Source of the DNA: an uncultured virus (IMG/VR IMGVR_UViG_3300048135_000646)
Taxonomy: Duplodnaviria; Heunggongvirae; Uroviricota; Caudoviricetes
IMG/VR virus record: IMGVR_UViG_3300048135_000646
Length of the DNA stretch: 64,000 bases
Direction: 5' to 3' (one strand)
In this document: positions 49,040 to 58,700 of the stretch, one piece after another
Numbering within the stretch: the stretch's first letter is position 1
How the letters are laid out: each line of letters starts with the position of its first letter
Made by a program: the position numbers and the translations under genes
Notes under the pieces: model-generated
What the model saw: only the letters and a program-made list of their open reading frames with translations
Databases searched by the model: none
What the model was told of the DNA's origin: nothing

Positions 49040-50518
49040 ATGAATCTAGTTTATAATGAAATATTTGTGTACGACACTCAAGGTCGACCTGAGTTTGTAA
49101 GTTCAAACCTCCCATCATATAATATTCATCCATGGCACACCCACCCACTACTAACTGAACACGATCGTGATGGTAATTATGAATTTATAGACATATTAAG
49201 TGATAAGTTAGGTATTGTATTTCCCTATAAAAGAACTGGTGATGAGAGTAAAGAGATAATGGATCACTTTCACTGCTTGAGGAGTCAAAGTTTTGAGGTT
49301 TTTTTAGATCATGACGTTTTTAGACACAAAATTTATACGTTAGATGATATAAAAACGGATAATCCCGATATCAAATATATATACCCAATTGTTTTATACA
49401 ATAACGAATTGTTTGATGCGTATAGTACGGTTGATATAGATCCTAAAATAATCGAGGACTCGAAAAGTGGTAAATGTAAAATATGTTTTTTACAACCTAC
49501 AGAAGGTTTCTTTGGTCAAGATGACCATAATTATGTGTGGTTTGATAATTTATCTAAAAAATATGGTTTAGATAAAACTAATCTCTATATGATTACAACT
49601 AATTTAATTGCAAAAAAACGTAAAGAGTTTTTAGAGACGAATGGTCACATAACAAAAGATTCATATACTATATTAGATTACACATATTTTGGTTGTAATC
49701 TATGGTTTCATGAGCCAGGTCAAATAACTGACCCTAAATGTGAGATAGGTGGAAGGGAGAAACTATCTGATTTTATTAAATCATCACTTACAAAAAGAAA
49801 AAAATACCATTTCTTAAATTTCAATAGGGTACCCAAACTACATAGGGTTTTAATTTACGGATTATTAAAAAGTCACGATATTTTTGAGGGTAAATTCATT
49901 TCATCCTTGGGTGGACTTCGTACAAATAATCCAGATGAGTATTTGAATTGGGTTGATCAAAGTGTACCTAAGGAGTATAATGATAAATGGAAAAACACCA
50001 TTAAAAATTATTACAGGAATCATGATGCAAGAGAACACTATTGGTACGATGAACCTGACTTGGAAAATAATAAGGCAATGAATTTAAATATGAAAGCACA
50101 TACGGATTCATTTGTAAATATCGTGTCTGAATCATTAACTCATGAAACGACGGTATTTTTCTCAGAGAAAATATACAAACCCATATTTGTTGCTCAACCA
50201 TTTATATTGGTGGGTAACCCCAGATCGTTAGAGGTTTTACGAAGTCAAGGATACAAGACATTTTCTAAATGGTGGGATGAGAGTTATGATGAAGAACTTG
50301 ACTACTATAAAAGGATGAATAAAATTTTTGATGTAATGAAAGAAATTGCGTCTTGGGATATGGAAAAGTGTTTTAAGATAACTCAGGAGATGTTACCTAA
50401 TCTATTACATAACTTCAATGTCTTAATGAAGGGTCAAACACTACAAGATCTATTTAAAGAAATAGACCCTTCACACACAAAAAAACAATATACAAAAACC
50501 CATAAAACGATAATTTAA
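49040..50518 (+). CDS. hypothetical protein, possible GT-B (GT10-like) glycosyltransferase
   Basis: NRVPKLHR, VSES...FFSEKIYKPI...PF, GYKTF...DESYD; paralogous to the upstream gene. Confidence 0.55.
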   Translation: MNLVYNEIFVYDTQGRPEFVSSNLPSYNIHPWHTHPLLTEHDRDGNYEFIDILSDKLGIVFPYKRTGDESKEIMDHFHCLRSQSFEVFLDHDVFRHKIYTLDDIKTDNPDIKYIYPIVLYNNELFDAYSTVDIDPKIIEDSKSGKCKICFLQPTEGFFGQDDHNYVWFDNLSKKYGLDKTNLYMITTNLIAKKRKEFLETNGHITKDSYTILDYTYFGCNLWFHEPGQITDPKCEIGGREKLSDFIKSSLTKRKKYHFLNFNRVPKLHRVLIYGLLKSHDIFEGKFISSLGGLRTNNPDEYLNWVDQSVPKEYNDKWKNTIKNYYRNHDAREHYWYDEPDLENNKAMNLNMKAHTDSFVNIVSESLTHETTVFFSEKIYKPIFVAQPFILVGNPRSLEVLRSQGYKTFSKWWDESYDEELDYYKRMNKIFDVMKEIASWDMEKCFKITQEMLPNLLHNFNVLMKGQTLQDLFKEIDPSHTKKQYTKTHKTII

Positions 50519-50585
50519 AGACATTAAAACACTTTACTAATACGTCATTTTATTATACATTATACGTATTAAATACATGTAAAAT

Positions 50586-51764
50586 ATGAACGTAGGATTT
50601 ATTGGAGTTGGTAAACTCGGAAAAGACGCAGCCGAAGTAATGGCGGAGAAACATAACGTCGTTGGTTATGACATAACTGAAGTACAACCAGATAACTTTA
50701 GAATGGTCCCAACAATTAAGGATGTTTGTGAAGGTGGTAGAGAATTAATCTTCATCGCTGTCCCAACACCACACCATCCAGATTATGATGGAAGATACCC
50801 AACATCACATTTAGAAAATAAGGATTTTAATTACGACATAGTGAAAGAAGTTCTGACGGAGGTAAATAAACATGTCTCTAAAGATCAACTCATTGTCTTA
50901 ATCTCAACAGTCCTACCTGGTACTATTAGACGAGAATTTATTGACTTAATACCAAATGGTAGGTTTATATATAACCCATATCTAATTGCGATGGGTACTG
51001 TAAAATGGGATATGGTAAATCCTGAAATGATTATCATCGGAACAGAAGATGGTTCCAAAACGGGAGACGCAAAATTACTATTAGATTTCTACAAAACATT
51101 TATTAGTGAAGGTACGAGATATGAACTTGGTACGTGGGATGAAGCTGAAGGAATTAAAATATTCTACAATACGTTCATATCAACCAAAGTCGCATTGGTT
51201 AACATGATTCAAGATGTTGCTGAAAAATCGGGTAACATTAATACTGATGTTATAACAGGTGCACTTGAAAGATCCACATATAGGATTTTAGGACCTGCAT
51301 ATATGAAGGCAGGAATGGGTGATGGTGGAGGATGTCATCCTCGTGATAATATTGCTCTACGGTATATGGCTCAGGAGTTAGGTTTAGGATATGACTTATT
51401 TGATGCAATTATGTTAGCGAGGGAAGTCCAAGCTAAAAATATCGCCACCAAATTAGTTGTCGAATCAAATAAACGAAATCTACCCATTATCATATTGGGG
51501 CAATCATATAAACCTGACGTTGATTACTTAGATGGGTCGTCGTCAATTTTGGTTGGACATTATTGTGAGTCTTCGTATGGTAGTAAATATAAAGTACAGT
51601 ATGATTTAGAGACACCAATCAAAGGAATTTACTTATTGGGTCATATGGGTAAACATCATGATTATGATTTCCCTGATGGGTCGGTAGTGGTAGATCCGTG
51701 GAGGTCATATAATACAGAAAAAGACATTAAGGTTATCCATTACGGAAATACTAGAATTGGGTAA
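50586..51764 (+). CDS. UDP-glucose/GDP-mannose dehydrogenase family
   Basis: GVGKLG, AVPTP, STVLPG, K..YN, GGGCHPRD, YKP. Confidence 0.9.
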   Translation: MNVGFIGVGKLGKDAAEVMAEKHNVVGYDITEVQPDNFRMVPTIKDVCEGGRELIFIAVPTPHHPDYDGRYPTSHLENKDFNYDIVKEVLTEVNKHVSKDQLIVLISTVLPGTIRREFIDLIPNGRFIYNPYLIAMGTVKWDMVNPEMIIIGTEDGSKTGDAKLLLDFYKTFISEGTRYELGTWDEAEGIKIFYNTFISTKVALVNMIQDVAEKSGNINTDVITGALERSTYRILGPAYMKAGMGDGGGCHPRDNIALRYMAQELGLGYDLFDAIMLAREVQAKNIATKLVVESNKRNLPIIILGQSYKPDVDYLDGSSSILVGHYCESSYGSKYKVQYDLETPIKGIYLLGHMGKHHDYDFPDGSVVVDPWRSYNTEKDIKVIHYGNTRIG

Positions 51765-52437
51765 TATGAAAAATAAGATTTGGTTCTTTGGCGATAGTTT
51801 TACTTATGGTGATGGATGTATTGAAGACCGACCACCGAATGGAGAATACTTTAAGTCAAACCCTAATGGACTTCTATGGAGAAAAGGTCTTTCTAAACAT
51901 TTTAACATGTTGGAAGTCAATAAATCAATGGGTGGTGCATCTAATGATTGGATTATTAATTCATTAATCAACGAGTTACTAAACATACAACCGAACGACA
52001 TTGTTGTGGTTGGGTTATCGTGGTCTCCGAGGTTTCAATTAATAGATAAAAGAGTTGGACGTCATGTTAATTTTTTAGTTCAGGATTTTTTTGAACACAC
52101 ACATGATACTACTAATGTAGTACTCGACGACAATGATGAAAGGTATAATAAAGAATTGTTTGATGCCATAAAAATAATTCTACTTGAGTATAGAGCACAA
52201 CATGAAGAAATACTAAGGGATTACCATTATAATCAAGCATTAAAAATACTAAAGAAATTAGAGCAAAGTAATGTAAGGTTTTTATTATGGGATCTTAAGT
52301 TAGCTCAGTTTCGATACCAAACAATTGACGATGAAATTGGTAATGGTGATAATCATTGGTCATGGAAAGGACATAACGATTTTATGTTAAGATGTATTGA
52401 ATTGTTAGAAAATAATGAAAACGAATACTCGGCATAA
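51757..52437 (+). CDS. SGNH/GDSL-like protein
   Basis: FGDSFTYG, GGASN, DNHWSWKGH; start may be ATG 51766. Confidence 0.7.
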   Translation: MGNMKNKIWFFGDSFTYGDGCIEDRPPNGEYFKSNPNGLLWRKGLSKHFNMLEVNKSMGGASNDWIINSLINELLNIQPNDIVVVGLSWSPRFQLIDKRVGRHVNFLVQDFFEHTHDTTNVVLDDNDERYNKELFDAIKIILLEYRAQHEEILRDYHYNQALKILKKLEQSNVRFLLWDLKLAQFRYQTIDDEIGNGDNHWSWKGHNDFMLRCIELLENNENEYSA

Positions 52438-52556
52438 TGTTGAATCTTATATATAGAAAAATAAAGGGGTGGATCTACAGAAGGAAGAGAGAAAAGACGT
52501 TTAAGAAAAAAATAAGAGAATTGAATAAACGTGATAATTTCACATATAAACATTAA
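52437..52556 (+). CDS. 39-aa basic peptide A (not in track)
   Basis: MLNLIYRKIKGWIYRRKREKTFKKKIRELNKRDNFTYKH*; TAATG coupling; paralog of 54233..54352. Confidence 0.75.
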   Translation: MLNLIYRKIKGWIYRRKREKTFKKKIRELNKRDNFTYKH

Positions 52557-52571
52557 ACAACCAAAATTAAT

Positions 52572-54233
52572 ATGTATGCAATTGGGATTTCATCTTATTA
52601 TCACGACTCGTCTTTATGTTTATTTAAAGACGGTAAATTAATATTTGCGTGCGAAGAAGAGAAATTCACAGGTATAAAACACGACTATAGTTTTCCTAAG
52701 AAAGTACTAAACTATGTTACAAAAAAGTATTCTTTAACAAAGGAAAATGTAGAGGTGGTTTGTTTTTATGAAGATGTTGAGTTGAAGAGTCAAAGAGTTA
52801 AAGAATACTCAAAAAAACAATTACTAACCAAACCCTTATTATCAATTAGAAGAGTATGGGAATCTTATAGAAATAGACGAGAGTTAAAAAAACTACTACC
52901 TAATATTTCTGATAATATTTTTTTCTCAAAACATCATCATTCACACTTATATTATTCATCATTTAGTTCTCCTTATAAAACCTCCGCAGTAGTTTCTATT
53001 GATGGTGTAGGAGAATACGACACAACGACCATATCCAAATACGATGGGGGGGTTTTAGATGTTGAAACCATTTCATCTTACCCACATTCTTTAGGTTTGT
53101 TTTATTCTGCAATGACCTCATTCTTAGGGTTTAGACCAAACGAGGGTGAATACAAAGTTATGGGATTAACATCTTATGGGAATAAAACTAAGTTGGTTGG
53201 GAAGGTCAGTAAATTAATAAAATTCGAAAACGGAGAAATAAAATGTAATTTAAAATATTTTAATTGGCATAAGTCAGATAAAATTATGTACAACTATGAG
53301 TTATCTGAATTATTGGGTTTGTTACCAAGGACTCCTGACGAAAAAATAAAAAAAATACATAAGGATTTAGCATATGCGGTTCAACATGTTTATGAAAAGG
53401 TGTTGTTTGATCTTTTGGATTATGTTGGTAAAAAGTATCGGACTAGTAATTTATGTTTGGGTGGTGGATGTGCGTATAATGGGTTGGCGAATGGTAAGAT
53501 ATATCGAAACACTGGATTTAGGAAGGTATGGGTACCACCAGCACCATCTGATGCGGGGTCCTCTATAGGTTCTGTAATTAATTATTATATTAACAACGGG
53601 ACAAATGTTGAGATACCCAATACCCCGTTTTTAGGTCCATTGTACACCGTAAATTCAAAATCCAAGAAACAGTTAGGTGATAGGAAGACCATGTATCTTA
53701 GTAATAAAAATTTATATAGAATAGTTGCCAAACAAATAAGAAAGGGTAAAGTCGTCGGTTGGTTTAGGAATGAAATAGAATTTGGTGCAAGAGCATTGGG
53801 GAATAGGTCAATTTTAGCCGACCCTACAAACCCTAAAATGAAGGATAGAATAAATAAAATGGTAAAAAAGAGGGAAGGATTTAGACCTTTTGCACCTATG
53901 GTAACTAAAGAAAGACAACATGAATATTTTATAATGAATGACGATTTGAGATATATGAATCAAGTTGTTGAGGTTCGTGACCAATATAGGGATGTTCTTG
54001 TCTCCACAACCCATGTTGACGGTACCGCACGAGTACAAACAGTTTATCATGATAATGACATACATAATCTTTTAAGGGAATTCGAGTTTTTAACGTCACA
54101 CCCTGTACTGTTAAACACATCATTCAACATTAAAGATAAGACAATGGTCTTAACCCCTAAAGACGCATTAGATACATTTGACTCAACAGACATTGATGTA
54201 TTAGTCTTAAATAATATTGTAATTTTTAAATAA
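52572..54233 (+). CDS. O-carbamoyltransferase (NodU/CmcH/TobZ family)
   Basis: YHDSS, EEEKF, HHHSH, DGVGE, EYKVMGL, GGCAYN, EFGARALGNRS, RPFAP, HVDGTARVQ, LNTSFN. Confidence 0.93.
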   Translation: MYAIGISSYYHDSSLCLFKDGKLIFACEEEKFTGIKHDYSFPKKVLNYVTKKYSLTKENVEVVCFYEDVELKSQRVKEYSKKQLLTKPLLSIRRVWESYRNRRELKKLLPNISDNIFFSKHHHSHLYYSSFSSPYKTSAVVSIDGVGEYDTTTISKYDGGVLDVETISSYPHSLGLFYSAMTSFLGFRPNEGEYKVMGLTSYGNKTKLVGKVSKLIKFENGEIKCNLKYFNWHKSDKIMYNYELSELLGLLPRTPDEKIKKIHKDLAYAVQHVYEKVLFDLLDYVGKKYRTSNLCLGGGCAYNGLANGKIYRNTGFRKVWVPPAPSDAGSSIGSVINYYINNGTNVEIPNTPFLGPLYTVNSKSKKQLGDRKTMYLSNKNLYRIVAKQIRKGKVVGWFRNEIEFGARALGNRSILADPTNPKMKDRINKMVKKREGFRPFAPMVTKERQHEYFIMNDDLRYMNQVVEVRDQYRDVLVSTTHVDGTARVQTVYHDNDIHNLLREFEFLTSHPVLLNTSFNIKDKTMVLTPKDALDTFDSTDIDVLVLNNIVIFK

Positions 54234-54352
54234 TGTTTAGAAAAATAATTAGATGGTTTAAGGACCGAAAAGAAAAGAAAAAAAGAGAGTTAAGATATAA
54301 GGAAAAAATAGAGAGGTTAAAAAAACAAGACCCATTTACCTATAAGCATTAG
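54233..54352 (+). CDS. 39-aa basic peptide B (not in track)
   Basis: MFRKIIRWFKDRKEKKKRELRYKEKIERLKKQDPFTYKH*; TAATG coupling. Confidence 0.75.
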   Translation: MFRKIIRWFKDRKEKKKRELRYKEKIERLKKQDPFTYKH

Positions 54353-54353
54353 T

Positions 54354-55622
54354 ATGAAAGTAATTCACACATACATAGACAAACAAAACTTAATATGGAA
54401 AGAGTTATTATACACTCAATATTTAAGTGCCATTTTAGCCAAAAAACATTATGGAAGTATAAGTTTCTACGGTGATGAAATTTCATGTAAACAAATAAAA
54501 GATATTGGTATACCTTACGATGAGATAAATCATGACATACTCGTCAAAGGAGATACGGACACGTGGAGTATTCCAAAAATAAAGGTATATGAATCAATAA
54601 AAGAACCTTTTCTTCATATTGATACCGACACATTACTCTTTAATAAAATATTATTGGATAGATATGATAGTGACTATATTTTTAGTCACAGGGATATGTT
54701 TATTGATGGTAAGGGTGAGACACTCAAGAACCTTTTTATTTATTGGTTTTGTAATTTGGATGAAAAGGAGATGGATCAAAATAAATACCCTTTTAGATCC
54801 TTAGTGAAAGACAGTAACAATAAGATACCTAAAATAATTTTAGAAAAAACGTCAAAAGATATGGATTACCCCCATGTCGATAGAACTTACAGTAAATTGT
54901 TCTTCGATTTGATGGAAAATATGAGTGATAAGGTCTTTGATGAAGTTCACTTTGAATCTATACCAAACATGAACATTACGTACGTAAGAAACCATGAAAC
55001 CTTTGGTAAAGTATGTAGGGAAACCCTAAATCATTATTATTCAAATAAAAAAAGGATAGACGATGAGGTTTACGGTTCTTGTTATATAGAACAACTAATG
55101 TTACACACAAATTTAAGATTACATGATAAAAAATATAAAAAATCAAGTAAGAAAGGGAACAATTTCGTATTTGATGATATACCCTTATCAATCGTAGACG
55201 CTCACAATAACGTACCTGATATTAATAGTGTAAAGTTTCCATTTAAACTAAAAGTAAACAATAATGATCATTTTAAATTTGATTGTTGCGACCGCGTGAT
55301 AATATCCCCTCTATCTAAAACCAAAAAAAAACCTGATGACTTCTATGAATTAATTATTAATGATATTGATGACATTAAAAATTATTTTGATCATGAGTTT
55401 AATGGTTTTTTTCATACCACATATATGAAATGGTATGATATTATACAAGTTATCATAATTGACAAACTAAGAAAGGAGATCGGAGATGACGAGATAAGGA
55501 GAATACATGACTATTTTAGAAAACATTACCCTTCAAGAGGATTACCAACTACTTCCAACGGAGAAAGACTCTACACAAGACTTACCGGGTTTAAATTTCA
55601 TGGAACCACATCATTAATTTAG
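54354..55622 (+). CDS. DUF6734-like protein, putative nucleotide-sugar transferase
   Basis: WSIPKIKVY...EPFLHIDTD (DxD), IEQ. Confidence 0.6.
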   Translation: MKVIHTYIDKQNLIWKELLYTQYLSAILAKKHYGSISFYGDEISCKQIKDIGIPYDEINHDILVKGDTDTWSIPKIKVYESIKEPFLHIDTDTLLFNKILLDRYDSDYIFSHRDMFIDGKGETLKNLFIYWFCNLDEKEMDQNKYPFRSLVKDSNNKIPKIILEKTSKDMDYPHVDRTYSKLFFDLMENMSDKVFDEVHFESIPNMNITYVRNHETFGKVCRETLNHYYSNKKRIDDEVYGSCYIEQLMLHTNLRLHDKKYKKSSKKGNNFVFDDIPLSIVDAHNNVPDINSVKFPFKLKVNNNDHFKFDCCDRVIISPLSKTKKKPDDFYELIINDIDDIKNYFDHEFNGFFHTTYMKWYDIIQVIIIDKLRKEIGDDEIRRIHDYFRKHYPSRGLPTTSNGERLYTRLTGFKFHGTTSLI

Positions 55623-55682
55623 AAAAAATATATTTAGTCCTTATAAATCTCATCAAAACCAAATTACTATTGAATTATAAAG

Positions 55683-55690
55683 TATTTATC
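55683..55690 (+). promoter_or_regulatory. TATTTATC motif
   Basis: Intergenic, 23 nt before ATG 55714. Confidence 0.5.
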
Positions 55691-55713
55691 TAATAAGAAA
55701 AACGTTTTTATAG

Positions 55714-58700
55714 ATGAATATATTTGATCCACACATTACAGGATCCCTATCCGTTTCCGCATCTGCAGAAATACAAGGGGATTTAACAGTACAAGGAACT
55801 ATCTATGGTACTGCACAGATTGACGGAAGTGTTGATAATGCAATAAGTGCATCACACGCCGCCTCCTACTTACTCACATCAAGTTTTAATGATTATAAAA
55901 ATACCGCAGCTACCACTGGAAGTAATATATTCATTGGGGACCAAACAATTAGTGGATCATTGTTACCTCAAGGAACACTTACTCATGATTTGGGTAGTGA
56001 TACTAAAAGATGGAATGATATATATTTAGCGGGTAACACCATTGATATTGGTGGTACTAAAATCTCCAAAAATTCTGACGGTAACATACAACTTCATGAT
56101 AGTGGTAATAATTTAAAAAAATTAATTGCTTCTGAAATTGAAATAGGTCATGGATCAAACAAAAAAGTACTTAAGGTTAGTAATGGTCGTTTAAAATTAA
56201 TGGCAACCAACGATACTGATGAGGAGTTAGCTCAATTATCGGGTTCGTTCACTGGTTCCTTTAGGGGAGATGGTAGTGGTTTGATTAATGTTCCTGCAAG
56301 TGGAGTTACGGGTTTAAGTTTAGACAGTATTTCAAGTGGAAGTAATTCTCTTGTTATGGGTCGAGATGTGTTAGTGAGTAATGTTTCTATATTACCTAAC
56401 ATTACAGATACGATAGATTTAGGTTCACCCGATAAACAGTGGAGAGATCTCTTCTTATCGTCAGGTTCACTTTATATTAACGGTCAACAAGTAATATCAA
56501 CAACGGGTAATGAATTAAGAATAACCACGGATGAAGGTGAATCAATAAAAATAATTGAAACCGGTTCTGATACCGTAACATTACAAACTCAAGATGGTGA
56601 TATAACATTAACATCTTCAGGTGGTGGTAACATAGAGTTGGATGCACCTGTACAAATAGGTGCAGGTAATAAGATACTATCGTCCGACGGTAATAGTATT
56701 CAATTTGCAAACGGATTATCAATAACTGGTAGTGTAAGGTTAACAGGTACTGTGGATGGTGTGGATATTTCAGACTTAAACGTTCTTTTTAACGACTATA
56801 CATCATCTAACGACACAATAAATACTAATCAGAGTTTAAGATTAGACCAAATAGAATCTTTCACCTCAAGTATTGACAATACATACGCAACAGATGGAGA
56901 TGTGACAACATTACGTGGTGATTTAAACACTTATACATCATCAAATAATCTAACAAACCAAACACAAAACGGTAGATTAGATTCTATTGAAATTGAAAGT
57001 GGTTCTATTAGAGGTACATTTAACACATTCACATCAAGTATCGGTAGTACGATAAAAACTAAATTAAATACTGAAAAAGTAGTAAGCGGTTCTATACAAG
57101 TTGATATTACACAAACCACCAACTATAATTTAGTTGACAACAGATTAGATTCTGTCGAAAACTTTACATCGTCTGTTGATGGTGAGATTAGAGATGATTT
57201 CAACACATATACATCATCAAATGACACGGACATATCAACACTAAATACACATAAAACAATTGTTGAGGGTGGTTTAGAATTTACAGGTTCTAATGTAACT
57301 GTTAAAGGTAATCTTTTAGTTAAAGGAACAGAAACAAGAGTTAACTCAACAACTGTGGATGTTGGTGATAATATTATTTCACTTAATGGTACTGGTGCAT
57401 CAGATGCGGGTATTGAAGTTAGGGATGTGACATCACCTGGTATTTTATCTGGTTCATTGTTATGGGACGGTGTTGAAAACCATTGGAAAGGTGGGACTAA
57501 AGGAAATGAAGAAAGACTTTTAAACAATAGTGATTTAACAAATATCGATGATAGGTTAGACCTTATTGAAATGGCAACATCATCACATGATGGTAGGTTA
57601 GATTCCATAGAAACAGTTACATCTTCATTTGACGGTAGATTAGATTCCATAGAAACAACTACGTCATCCTTAGATGGTAGATTAGATTCCATAGAAACAG
57701 CTACGTCATCCTTAGATCGTAGGTTGGACTCTATTGAGACCACAACTTCCTCTTTAGATGGTAGGGTTGATTCATTAGAAACTACAAGTGGGTCACATGA
57801 TAGTAGATTAGATTCATTAGAATCTAATAGTGGTAGTTACTTAACATCGTACAATGATGAATATACCACAGGAGCAACATTCAATACCGGTAATGGTATA
57901 ATAACATACAAAAGAAATGATGGTGACACATTCACAGTTGATATTGACGGTAGGTACTTAACATCATTTACAGAAACAGATCCAATATTTACTGCCTCAC
58001 CTTCAGCAGGAATAACAGAAACCAACATATCTAATTGGGATACTGCATATGGATGGGGTGACCACGCAAGTGCTGGGTACTTACCATTAAGTGGGGGGTC
58101 GGGCGTAGGTCAGGCAATGACAGGTAATTTACACATACAAAATCCAGGTCCAAAAATATATTTAAAAGACACCACAGATGATGATGACCAAGCAATATAT
58201 TTCCAAAATAATGCGGGTACCACAGAATACATAATATCTACACAGGATTTTACTTCTGATGGTCTTGCTGACGGTATGTTTATTGGTTCCGTTAGTGGTG
58301 ATGAATTAGGGTTAGTGACCAACAACACTACTGCCTTATACATAGATACCTCACAAAATTCAACCTTTTCAGGTCATATAATCCCAAAGGCAGATGCAAC
58401 ACAGGATTTAGGTACTACAAACTCTTTAGATTTTAGAACTCTATATGTTAGAAATATTGATATATTCAACCAAAGAGTTAATATTAGTTCTACTGGCACA
58501 ATGGCTACGTTCTCAGATCACACTTCAGTGGGAGACGGGATTCAGTTTAATCATTTAGGGACGGAAATATTACGACTTGGGAATGGTACTGGTACAACAG
58601 CGACTTTTGCGGGAACAATATCGGCATCGGGTTATAACGATAGTAATTGGAACGCAGCATATGGATGGGGTGATCATGCAGATGGTGGTTACATCACAGG

